DNA from: Rhodocyclaceae bacterium
Lineage (GTDB): Bacteria > Pseudomonadota > Gammaproteobacteria > Burkholderiales > Rhodocyclaceae
Direction of reading: 5' to 3'
Length of the DNA stretch: 64,000 nucleotides
NCBI GenBank assembly: GCA_016718525.1
Contig: JADKDD010000002.1
Location: forward strand, 639,047-703,046
Made by a program: the position numbers and the translations under genes. Under the pieces are notes generated by a model. That model was given only the letters and a program-made list of their open reading frames with translations. It ran no database searches and was not told the DNA's origin. Shown here piece after piece: positions 55,855 to 64,000 of this stretch (its first letter is position 1; each line of letters begins with the position of its first letter).

Positions 55855-56970
55855 TTAACGTCCGGTCTTAAAGGTAGTAAACAACCGGGTTCGCAAGCGC
55901 CGGATGTCGTTGTTGACAGCCTCCGGCGGAACCATTTTGGCGAGATCCTCGGCGGTCATGAAAACAGTTTTGTTCGCAGCGACTTCGGCCTTGATGAACT
56001 TGGCACTGGATGGAACACCGTTGGCATAAAACACCTTGTTGGTCAGCTCGGCATTTACTTCGGGGCGAAGAATGTAATTAATGAACTTGTGGGCGTTCTC
56101 AGGATGGGCGGCATCCGCGGGAATCGCCATCGTATCGAAGAACAACACAGCGCCAGTGCTCGGAACCAGCGACACAATGTTGTTGCCGTTCTTGGCCTCT
56201 TTGGCTCGTGCCGCAGCGATGTTGATGTCGCCGTTCCAGCCAAGCGAGAGGCACAGCGAGCCGCCGGCCAGGTCGTTAATGTAGCCTGACGACGAGAACA
56301 AGGTTACGTAAGGGCGGATTGTCTTGAGCATATCGGCGGCCACCTGATAGTCGGCGCTGTTTTTGCTGTACGGGGGCTTACCCACGTAACGCATCGCTGC
56401 AGGAAACACTTCGTCGGCGGAGTCGAGCATCGAGATGCCGCAGGACTTGAGCTTGCTGGCGTATTCCGGCTTGAAAATCAGGTCCCACGCATTTTCCGGC
56501 AGTGGTCCGCCAATCGCGGCTTTGACCTTGTCAACGTTGATGCCAAGCGTCGTAATGCCCCAAAGCCACGGAGTGATGTAGGCATTGCCCGGATCCATCG
56601 AACCCAGCTGTTTCATCAGATTGGGATCAAGATTCTTCAGATTGGGGATCTTGCTCTTGTCGAGCGGCATCAGCAGACCGCCTTCAAGTTGGATCTTGGC
56701 CCAGTTTGAAGAGGGCACAACGAGGTCATAACCGGTCTTTCCGGCGACAAGTTTGGCGTGGAGAATTTCATTCGTATCAAAGTTGTCGTAACGCACTTTG
56801 ATTCCCGTTTCTTTCTCGAAGTTCGCCACCGTATCGGGGCCGATGTAATCCGACCAGTTGTAGATATTGAGCACCTTTTCTTCGGCTGCTTGTGCAGGCG
56901 ACATCAAGCTGGTGATTGAAACTGCAAGCACGGCAACAGCACGATGAAAATTGCGAGGAAACAATGTCAT
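55855..56970 (-). CDS. Putrescine/polyamine ABC transporter substrate-binding protein (PotF/SpuD-like)
   Basis: Start at the ATG at 56970, with GGAGG RBS and a signal peptide. LNIYNWSDYIGPDTVANFEKETGIKV is typical of PotF/PotD. Confidence 0.85.
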   Translation of the reverse strand: MTLFPRNFHRAVAVLAVSITSLMSPAQAAEEKVLNIYNWSDYIGPDTVANFEKETGIKVRYDNFDTNEILHAKLVAGKTGYDLVVPSSNWAKIQLEGGLLMPLDKSKIPNLKNLDPNLMKQLGSMDPGNAYITPWLWGITTLGINVDKVKAAIGGPLPENAWDLIFKPEYASKLKSCGISMLDSADEVFPAAMRYVGKPPYSKNSADYQVAADMLKTIRPYVTLFSSSGYINDLAGGSLCLSLGWNGDINIAAARAKEAKNGNNIVSLVPSTGAVLFFDTMAIPADAAHPENAHKFINYILRPEVNAELTNKVFYANGVPSSAKFIKAEVAANKTVFMTAEDLAKMVPPEAVNNDIRRLRTRLFTTFKTGR

Positions 56971-57171
56971 GGAATCATCCTCCAAAAGAAATATCGAAAC
57001 GGTACGCCGACATGGCGCGGAAACATTGAAGCGGCCGGACTGTTAACACTATCGAATCAGCCAAGCATTCGAACGCAATCCTAGTACAAAACGCCTTCTC
57101 CGCCTAGAAGCCGATGGCATAAAGTCCTTATGCCGTGGCGATATGGCGACAAATCACAATACTGGTGCAGG

Positions 57172-58578
57172 CTATGCACTGTGCTGGAGCCAACCACGCC
57201 CTTTGATATCCGCATGCGCCGCATCCAGACAGGATCGGATCAAGCCCATCATTTCGTCGATCTGACCACGGGTGATAACAAACGGCGGAGCTATGATCAG
57301 TCGGTCACCAACGGCACGCATGATCATTCCGTTGCCGAACAGATGGCCGCGACAAACCATGCCAACCCCTTTGTCGGCAGCAAACATTTCCAGGGTCGCC
57401 TTGTTTTTCACCAGAACCAAACCCGCCATCAAGCCGCATGCATTGGCAACCCCTACCAGAGGATGATCGGTCAATGCCTCAAACTGTTGCTTGAAGTACG
57501 GGCCAATGTCTGTGCGAATCCGCTCGACCAGGTTTTCACGCTGCAAAATCGCGATGTTTTCCAGTGCTACGGCGCAGGCTACCGGATGGCCGGAGTAGGT
57601 GAAGCCGTGGTTGAAATCGCCACCTTGCTCAATCAGTACATTGGCAACACGGTCGCCGACCAGCACCCCGCCCAATGGGATGTAACCTGAGCTGACGCCT
57701 TTGGCAAAGGTGATCAAGTCCGGCTGGTAGCCCAGGGTCTGACAGCCAAACCAGGTTCCCAAACGACCGAAGCCGCAAATCACTTCATCAGAAACCAGCA
57801 GCACGTCGTACTTGGCGCATATCCGTTGGATTTCCGGCCAGTAGGTCCGTGGTGGAATGATCACGCCGCCGGCACCCTGTACCGGTTCGCCAATGAAAGC
57901 GGCTACCTTATCGGCACCCAGTTCAAGTATCTTTTCCTCTAACCACGATGCTGCCTTCAAGCCGAACTCATCTTCGCTCAGCCCTTGGCCATGTTCGAAA
58001 TAGTAGGGCTGCTGGATGTGAGCAATTCCGGGGATCGGCAAGTCACCCTGCTCGTGCATGTAACTCATGCCGCCGAGTGAAGCGCCGCAAACGGTGGAGC
58101 CGTGATACGCGTTATGGCGGGCGATAAATGTCTTCTTCTGCGGCTGACCCTTTACATCCCAGAAGCGCCGCACCATGCGAAAGATCGTGTCATTGCCCTC
58201 GGAACCGGACCCGGTAAAAAACACATGATTGAAACCATCCGGCGCAACGTCGACAATCGCTTTCGCCAGATTCACCGCAGGCAGATTGGTGGTATTGAAA
58301 AAGCTGTTGTAGTAAGGCAGCACATCCATCTGCGCCACGGCGGCGCGGCTGAGTTCCTTGCGTCCGTAGCCGACATTGACGCACCATAAGCCGGACATGC
58401 CGTCGAGAATTTTCTTGCCCTCGGAATCCCAAATGTAGATTCCCTCGCCCTTGACGATAACCCGAGCACCCTGGGTCGCCAAAGCTTTGGTGTCGGTAAA
58501 CGCGTGTATGTAGTGGGCACTATCGAGCGCCTGAACGCTTTTTGTATCGACAGCAATCGAATCGCGAGGAGAGTTCAT
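57172..58578 (-). CDS. spuC: Putrescine--pyruvate aminotransferase-like omega-transaminase
   Basis: 468 aa. SGLWCVNVGYGR...YNSFF...DEVICGFGRLG motifs of class III aminotransferases. Position and sequence resemble Pseudomonas SpuC. Confidence 0.8.
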   Translation of the reverse strand: MNSPRDSIAVDTKSVQALDSAHYIHAFTDTKALATQGARVIVKGEGIYIWDSEGKKILDGMSGLWCVNVGYGRKELSRAAVAQMDVLPYYNSFFNTTNLPAVNLAKAIVDVAPDGFNHVFFTGSGSEGNDTIFRMVRRFWDVKGQPQKKTFIARHNAYHGSTVCGASLGGMSYMHEQGDLPIPGIAHIQQPYYFEHGQGLSEDEFGLKAASWLEEKILELGADKVAAFIGEPVQGAGGVIIPPRTYWPEIQRICAKYDVLLVSDEVICGFGRLGTWFGCQTLGYQPDLITFAKGVSSGYIPLGGVLVGDRVANVLIEQGGDFNHGFTYSGHPVACAVALENIAILQRENLVERIRTDIGPYFKQQFEALTDHPLVGVANACGLMAGLVLVKNKATLEMFAADKGVGMVCRGHLFGNGMIMRAVGDRLIIAPPFVITRGQIDEMMGLIRSCLDAAHADIKGRGWLQHSA

Positions 58579-58605
58579 GATCTTGGGCCTTGAAAATAGT
58601 TATCT

Positions 58606-58669
58606 AGCGTAGCGAGCCAATCAATAACCCCGCCCGGGCGGGAAAAGGTTGGGAAGGGGTGGGGGGTTT
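58606..58669. repeat. Structured GC-rich intergenic repeat, short copy
   Basis: AGCGTAGCGAGCCAATCAATAACCCCGCCCGGGCGGGAAAAGGTTGGGAAGGGGTGGGGGGTTT. Contains the perfect 14-nt palindrome CCCGCCCGGGCGGG. Its arms match the 49657..49792 element. Confidence 0.7.
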
Positions 58670-58704
58670 CACTTAGCATTTGTTGTTGAACCGGAGAGCG
58701 ATGC

Positions 58705-60072
58705 TCACACGTTCAACAACAAGTGCTGCCGCTCCCAGGGACTGATGACAGCGTTGTATTCACCTAATTCCCACTCCTTGACGGCGGCAAATACAGTGAC
58801 AAATTGTTTGGACAGAACGTCGTGAATATCTTTGCAATTCTTGATCCGGTCAAGGGATTCACGTAGCGTCCGCGGTAACTGGTGCTTGCCGTCGTAGGCA
58901 TTGCCTTTGGTCTCCGCTTCCGGCTTTATTTTGTCCATCATGCCCAGATATCCACAGGCCAATGTCGTTGCCAAAGCTAGGTAGATATTGGCGTCGGCGC
59001 CAACGAGACGGTTTTCGACGCGCCGCGCGATTGGTGAGGAATGCGGCACGCGCAGACCGACTGTACGATTGTCGGTTCCCCAACACACGTTTGTCGGCGC
59101 CGCCATGTTCTTGACCAACCGCCGGTATGAGTTCACATACGGCGCGAATATCGCCATGGTCTCCGGCAAATAGCGTTGCATTCCGCCGATGAAGTAGGAA
59201 AAGTTTTTTGTTGCATTTCCGTTCTTGTCGCTAAAAATATTGGCGCCGGTTTTGTTGTCGATGATGCTGGTGTGGATGTGCATCGCGCTACCGGGCTGAT
59301 TGGCCATGGGTTTGGCCATAAAGGTGGCGTACATGTTGTGGCGGAACGCCGTTTCACGGACGGTGCGTTTGAAGGTAAACACGCTGTCCGCCAACTCCAG
59401 CGCATTGCCATGGAGAAAATTAATTTCCATTTGGCCGGTACCAATTTCATGAATCAGCGTATCGATGTCGAGTTTTTGCGCCTTGCAATAGTCGTAGATA
59501 TCTTCAAACAATGGGTCGAACTCATTTACTGCATCGATGCTGTAGGACTGCCGCCCCGACTCGGGGCGACCGCTGCGCCCGATCGGCGGCTGCAACGGCA
59601 AATCCGGATCTGTATTCCGGGCAGTAATGTAGAACTCCAGTTCAGGCGCCACAACAGGTTCCCAACCCTGTTTCTTATAAAGATCGAGTACCCGGCGCAA
59701 TACACTGCGGGACGCAAACTCGACCAGACGGCCATCCGAGTGGTAGCAATCATGAATCACGATCGCCGTCGGATCAGTTGCCCAGGGGACGATGCGGACA
59801 GTGGATGGATCAGGTTTCAGCACCATGTCCAGATCGATCTCGTTGATGACGTCGTAGTAAGGTCCCGCCTCCGGAAAATTGCCGGTCACCGTCATCCCCA
59901 TTACTGCCTCGGGCAGGCGCAAGCCCCGCTCCTCAACGAACTTCTCGCGCGGAGTAATTTTCCCGCGTGCCGTACCGGTCAAATCCGGCACCATACATTC
60001 AACTTCAGTGACGCGGTGCTCGTTGAGCCAGGCATCCATTTCCGCGTATTGCATTTGCTCACGATTCGACAT
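58705..60072 (-). CDS. Glutamine synthetase family protein, gamma-glutamylpolyamine synthetase (PuuA/PauA/SpuB-like)
   Basis: 455 aa type-III-like GS. Motifs FMAKPM...GSAMHIHTS and its position in an spu-like operon. Confidence 0.85.
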   Translation of the reverse strand: MSNREQMQYAEMDAWLNEHRVTEVECMVPDLTGTARGKITPREKFVEERGLRLPEAVMGMTVTGNFPEAGPYYDVINEIDLDMVLKPDPSTVRIVPWATDPTAIVIHDCYHSDGRLVEFASRSVLRRVLDLYKKQGWEPVVAPELEFYITARNTDPDLPLQPPIGRSGRPESGRQSYSIDAVNEFDPLFEDIYDYCKAQKLDIDTLIHEIGTGQMEINFLHGNALELADSVFTFKRTVRETAFRHNMYATFMAKPMANQPGSAMHIHTSIIDNKTGANIFSDKNGNATKNFSYFIGGMQRYLPETMAIFAPYVNSYRRLVKNMAAPTNVCWGTDNRTVGLRVPHSSPIARRVENRLVGADANIYLALATTLACGYLGMMDKIKPEAETKGNAYDGKHQLPRTLRESLDRIKNCKDIHDVLSKQFVTVFAAVKEWELGEYNAVISPWERQHLLLNV

Positions 60073-60103
60073 CTGGTTCCCCTAAAAAATCTGTGTACCG
60101 ATA

Positions 60104-60862
60104 CTACTTGTTATCGCGATAGCGCCGGCAGGCGTCACCAAAGGCGGTAAATAGTTTGACCGAGTCCGGGTTATCCATCACCTTCCATTCGGGATGCCAC
60201 TGCACCGCCATGGCGAAGTTTTTTGCCGCCGCAACCCGCACCGCCTCAATTTGTCCATCCGGCGCAATTGCTTCAGCGACCAGTCCGGCACCGAGGCAAT
60301 CAATGCCCTGGCCATGAATCGAGTTCACCCGGATCGCAGTCGACCCGCCGAGAAGGTGTTGCAAATAGCTACCCTCGGTGATGGTGACCGGGTGTGCCGG
60401 ACCGTATTGCACGTCGAGTGGTTGATCCTTGTCCTCACGATGGTCGAGGCGTCCAGGGACCGCATGAACCTGTTGGTGCAGGGTGCCACCCAGCGCAACG
60501 TTCAACTCCTGAAATCCTCGGCATATGCCAAACACCGGCATACCTATTTCGAGCGCGGCCTGAATTAGCGGTAGGGTGGTTTCGTCACGTTCCAGATCCA
60601 TCAACATTTCCGGGCTGTGTGGCACCTGCCCGTAGCGTTGCGGTTCGACGTTCGATGCTGACCCGGTCAACAACAAGCCATCGAGCAGCTCGAGTAATTG
60701 CTGGCGGTCCTGCGCTTCACCCAATGCCGGCAAAAGCAAAGGTGTACAACCGGCGGCGGTTGCCACTGCATCGACGTATTTACGCCCGACCACATGAAAA
60801 TCATGCAGGCCGATAGGTTTTATACAGGCAGGGATTCCGACTACAGGACGACACGCGGACAT
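60104..60862 (-). CDS. Gamma-glutamyl-gamma-aminobutyrate hydrolase (PuuD/PauD/SpuA-like, peptidase C26 class I amidotransferase)
   Basis: 252 aa. GICRGFQELNV nucleophile elbow and the WHPEW motif. Confidence 0.85.
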   Translation of the reverse strand: MSACRPVVGIPACIKPIGLHDFHVVGRKYVDAVATAAGCTPLLLPALGEAQDRQQLLELLDGLLLTGSASNVEPQRYGQVPHSPEMLMDLERDETTLPLIQAALEIGMPVFGICRGFQELNVALGGTLHQQVHAVPGRLDHREDKDQPLDVQYGPAHPVTITEGSYLQHLLGGSTAIRVNSIHGQGIDCLGAGLVAEAIAPDGQIEAVRVAAAKNFAMAVQWHPEWKVMDNPDSVKLFTAFGDACRRYRDNK

Positions 60863-60903
60863 GGCTTTACCTTAGGAGTGAGAGCAACTCAAATGCGCAC
60901 ATT

Positions 60904-62007
60904 TCAAACCAGCGGTTCGTATTTATAGCCCAAATCACGCGCGACGGCTTCATAGGTGATTGCACCGCGATGCACATTGAGGCCCTTCGCCAGATGCTGA
61001 TTGTCGATCAAGGCCTGCCGGTACCCCTTGTTGGCGATCTGCAAGACAAAGGGCAATGTTGCGTTGGTCAGCGCCAGTGTCGAGGTGCGGGCGACGCCGC
61101 CCGGCATATTGGCCACGCAATAGTGCACGACGCCGTCCACAACGTAGGTTGGATTCTGATGCGTCGTCGCGTGCGAAGTCTCCAGACAGCCGCCCTGGTC
61201 AATTGCCACATCGACGATCACCGTGCCCGGCCGCATCAGGGCGAGCATTTCGCGAGTAATCAGCTTGGGCGCTGCCGCACCAGGAATCAGCACACCGCCA
61301 ATCACCAGATCGACATGCGACAGATGGCTGGCGATATTTTCGCGACTCGAAACCTCAGTCATCAGTCGCGGTCCGAAATCGTTGTCAATCTGCGTCAAGC
61401 GCGGCAGCGATATATCCATGATGGTCACTTGCGCACCAAAACCCAAAGCAATTCGCGCGGCATTGATGCCAACGACCCCACCACCGAGCACCAGCACTCG
61501 TGCGGGTGGCACGCCCGGTACCCCGGAAAGCAAAACACCCAACCCACCATGCGACTTTTCCAATGCCTGCGCACCCGCCTGGATTGACATACGGCCCGCG
61601 ACTTCGGACATCGGCTTGAGTAACGGCAGGCCGCCGTGGTCATCGGTGACAGTTTCGTAGGCGATCGCGACGCAGTCGGAATTGACCAGACCTTTGGTTT
61701 GCTCCGGGTCTGGTGCCAGATGCAGGTAGGTAAACAATATTTGTCCGGGACGCAGTTGGCGATACTCTTCAGGTTGCGGCTCCTTTACCTTGACCACCAT
61801 ATCGGCAGCGGAAAATATCTCTGCTGCCGTAGTGACAATTTGGCCACCGGCTGCCTGATACATCGCATCGCTAAACCCGACACCATTGCCTGCCTTAGTC
61901 TCGACCGAGACCTGATGCCCGGCGCGGGTCAGGGCCGCCACGCCGGCCGGAGTCAGGCCGACCCGGTACTCATGATTCTTGATTTCCTTGCATACGCCGA
62001 CTCGCAT
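60904..62007 (-). CDS. ald: Alanine dehydrogenase
   Basis: Start set at the ATG at 62007 (MRVGVCKEIKNHEYRVGLTPAGV...). NAD motif VLVLGGGVVGINAA. Ald-like across the full length. Confidence 0.9.
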   Translation of the reverse strand: MRVGVCKEIKNHEYRVGLTPAGVAALTRAGHQVSVETKAGNGVGFSDAMYQAAGGQIVTTAAEIFSAADMVVKVKEPQPEEYRQLRPGQILFTYLHLAPDPEQTKGLVNSDCVAIAYETVTDDHGGLPLLKPMSEVAGRMSIQAGAQALEKSHGGLGVLLSGVPGVPPARVLVLGGGVVGINAARIALGFGAQVTIMDISLPRLTQIDNDFGPRLMTEVSSRENIASHLSHVDLVIGGVLIPGAAAPKLITREMLALMRPGTVIVDVAIDQGGCLETSHATTHQNPTYVVDGVVHYCVANMPGGVARTSTLALTNATLPFVLQIANKGYRQALIDNQHLAKGLNVHRGAITYEAVARDLGYKYEPLV

Positions 62008-62099
62008 GATTGCTGCTCCATTTTTCTTGTTGGATCGGATGACGATTCGTGTCGTCAATTCCGCAATCTGGGACTGTAGCGACTATTGGTATCATTGGA

Positions 62100-62133
62100 A
62101 GAGCCACTTTTCATGTTTCGATAGAGCCACTTT
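62100..62133. promoter_or_regulatory. Two 11-nt direct repeats AGAGCCACTTT spaced 23 bp apart, candidate MocR operator
   Basis: Exact copies at 62100-62110 and 62123-62133, in the ald / MocR divergent intergenic region. Confidence 0.35.
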
Positions 62134-62163
62134 ACTTTTTCTTAGATCGGTCGACTGACCCAC

Positions 62164-63645
62164 ATGATCCCGTTTTCTCTCGGTGAATGGCTGCTTGCAG
62201 ACATGCAGCAGAGTGTGTCCAAGGCTGCGCCCGGTGCCCTGCGCCGTTACCGTAGCGTTTATGAAGGAATCCGCAAGGCAATACTCAGTCGTCGAATGTC
62301 TGCAGGTATCCGTTTGCCGTCAAGCCGGGCATTGGCAGAGGAACTCGGCGTCTCGCGCAATACCGTGGTGGCGGCCTTCGATCAGTTGTTGGCAGAAGGT
62401 TACGTGACCGCAGCGACGGGCAGCGGAACCTATGTCTCCGACATCGGCCGCGGCGAGAATATTCGTCCCAAGCCGGTTCGTTTGCATCGCGGACCGGCGC
62501 TTTCCGCGCGTGGCCGGCGAATCGTTGCCGCTCCGGGCGGGAACACGCATGAGATTCAACCATTTGTTCCCGGGATGGATGATTTTTCGGTCTTTCCATC
62601 AAAAATCTGGCAGCGCCTGCAAAACAAATATTGGCGTGAAAGTCCGCCTGAATTGCTCGATTACGCTGCGGCCGGTGGTTATCAACCGCTACGACGGACC
62701 ATCGCCAACTACTTGAGCATTTCACGCTCGGTCCGGGTGGCTGCCGAACAAGTACTGATCACTGCAGGCACGCAGCAATCACTCCACCTATGTGCTCAGT
62801 TACTCGCCAGTCCGGGTGAGTTGGCCTGGGTTGAAGACCCGGGATACTGGGCGGCACGGAAGGTCTTCGAGGCCTGTGACCTGACCTTGCGTCCGATCGC
62901 AGTGGATGCCGAAGGGATACATCCCGCAGCCGCCGATCTTGCCACTTCGCCGCGGCTGATCTATGTCACGCCATCGCATCATTACCCAACCAGCGCAGTG
63001 ATGAGTTTGCCGCGCCGCCAGGGTTTGCTGGATTTGGCGGCGGGCAAAGGCGCATGGATACTCGAAGATGATTACGATAGCGAGTTTCGCTACAGCGGAC
63101 GCCCGCTTTCTTCCTTGCAAGGGCTGGACAGTCACGACTGCGTCATCTACCTGGGCACCTTCTCAAAAATTCTCTACCCCGGTATCAAGCTTGGTTATTT
63201 GGTAGTGCCCGCTGATCTGGCCGAATCGTTCAAGACTTCCCTTTATGACACTCAGCGACCCGGTCAAGTGATGCTGCAAGCAGCTCTGGCCGACTTTATC
63301 GAACAGGGTCACTTCGCCACACACGTGCGCAAAGTCCGCCAGGTCTATGGCGAGCGACGGGAATCTCTGGTGCGGGTCTTGCAATCCATCCTTGGCCGGC
63401 ACGCCAAGCTTTCAAAGGAAGCGTCAGGCATGCACCTGGTCATCGAACTACCCGATGCAGCTTCTGATCTACACATTGCGGCGGAAGCAGCCAAACAGGG
63501 GCTCGTGGTCAGAGCATTGTCGAGTTACTATCTCGGTCAGCCGCAACGCAGGGGTCTGGTGGTTGGCTATGCGTATGTGCCAACCGAGCGAATTCAGCAC
63601 TTCGGCAGCTTGTTGGGCAACATCGTCAAGAAGGCACTCCGGTGA
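62164..63645 (+). CDS. MocR/GabR-family transcriptional regulator (GntR-type wHTH fused to aminotransferase-like domain)
   Basis: 493 aa. N-terminal VYEGIRKAILSRRMSAGIRLPSSRALAEELGVSRNTVVAAFDQLLAEGYV, and a fold-type-I AAT domain with the FSKILYPGIKLGY lysine. Confidence 0.85.
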   Translation: MIPFSLGEWLLADMQQSVSKAAPGALRRYRSVYEGIRKAILSRRMSAGIRLPSSRALAEELGVSRNTVVAAFDQLLAEGYVTAATGSGTYVSDIGRGENIRPKPVRLHRGPALSARGRRIVAAPGGNTHEIQPFVPGMDDFSVFPSKIWQRLQNKYWRESPPELLDYAAAGGYQPLRRTIANYLSISRSVRVAAEQVLITAGTQQSLHLCAQLLASPGELAWVEDPGYWAARKVFEACDLTLRPIAVDAEGIHPAAADLATSPRLIYVTPSHHYPTSAVMSLPRRQGLLDLAAGKGAWILEDDYDSEFRYSGRPLSSLQGLDSHDCVIYLGTFSKILYPGIKLGYLVVPADLAESFKTSLYDTQRPGQVMLQAALADFIEQGHFATHVRKVRQVYGERRESLVRVLQSILGRHAKLSKEASGMHLVIELPDAASDLHIAAEAAKQGLVVRALSSYYLGQPQRRGLVVGYAYVPTERIQHFGSLLGNIVKKALR

Positions 63646-63666
63646 TAATTGCCTGGTACAGACTTA

Positions 63667-63716
63667 TGAGTTGGTGCTGGCGAGGGACTGGCCCGTTTAT
63701 CGGCCACACGCCGTTG
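63667..63716 (-). repeat. Copy D of the bipartite motif, split by a 22-nt spacer
   Basis: rc: CAACGGCGTGTGGCC-[22 nt]-CGCCAGCACCAACTCA. Intergenic, between the MocR and LLM oxidoreductase genes. Confidence 0.55.
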
Positions 63717-63772
63717 TATCCCCAAGCGACAACACTGTGCTTCATTGAATCCAACCTGCCCGATTACTAACC

Positions 63773-64000
63773 ATGCCAATCCCGCTTTCCGTGCTTGACC
63801 TCGCGCCGATTCTTGCCGGCGCAGATTCGCCTAATCCTGCCACGCAGTCCTTCCGTAACAGCCTCGACCTGGCCCAACATTGCGAACGCTGGGGCTATCG
63901 ACGTTTCTGGTTGGCTGAACATCACGGCATGCCCGGCATTGCCAGTGCGGCCACCGCAGTTGTCATCGGTCATGTCGCGGCCGGCACGTCGAGCATTCGC
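63773..64000 (+). CDS. LLM-class (luciferase-like) flavin-dependent oxidoreductase, 5' partial at window end
   Basis: [20 protein letters not shown]...[40 protein letters not shown] matches the YhbW/LLM N-terminus. The ORF runs off the window. Confidence 0.75.
   Translation, partial: MPIPLSVLDLAPILAGADSPNPATQSFRNSLDLAQHCERWGYRRFWLAEHHGMPGIASAATAVVIGHVAAGTSSIR

Overview
This is a gene-dense chromosomal segment from a Gram-negative bacterium. Gene content suggests a betaproteobacterium (Burkholderiales-like), but that is a guess. GC looks moderately high by eye and was not computed. I saw no rRNA, CRISPR array, transposase, integrase or prophage genes.

Contents, left to right:
- Mrr-type nuclease-domain gene and tRNA-Met (0-1 kb).
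- UbiH-family monooxygenase, DsbC, DUF1329 protein, class-V aminotransferase and an SdsA-like alkylsulfatase (1-8 kb).
- TetR-linked beta-oxidation set: acyl-CoA dehydrogenase, thiolase, MaoC hydratase and long SDR (8-14.3 kb).
- LysR regulator plus an SbtA-like permease operon carrying several unknown proteins (14.3-19.9 kb).
- Outer-membrane and secreted unknowns, then a LysR/arylsulfatase pair, a parvulin PPIase and a histone-H1-like protein (20-27 kb).
- Truncated glycerophosphodiesterase gene, followed by an unusual receiver-domain::MgtE-pore fusion (27.3-29.4 kb).
- Metal-uptake cluster with no ATPase gene (31-35.2 kb).
- DedA, sphingosine-1-phosphate-lyase-like and TauE operon, then purT and a frameshifted mutY (35.3-40.5 kb).
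- Tightly overlapped rapZ, NusG_II, Gx-transporter, ubiX and DUF697 operon (40.5-43.4 kb).
- Run of small miscellaneous genes (43.4-46.8 kb).
- About 15 kb minus-strand polyamine/GABA catabolic super-cluster: gabT, aldehyde dehydrogenase, gabD, porin, spu-type ABC importer with a frameshifted permease, spuC, glutamylpolyamine synthetase, amidohydrolase and ald. A divergent MocR regulator flanks it.

Leads most worth a second look:
1. A bipartite motif of about 28 nt (consensus TCAACGGCGTGTCGCCAGCACCAACTCA) occurs at least 7 times, on both strands, inside and outside genes and in different reading frames.
2. The REC::MgtE-TM fusion.
3. A structured G/C-rich intergenic repeat present twice inside the polyamine cluster.
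4. Three disrupted genes (mutY, a pot/spu permease, GDPD).

All calls come from reading the translations and the sequence by eye. No database search was run.
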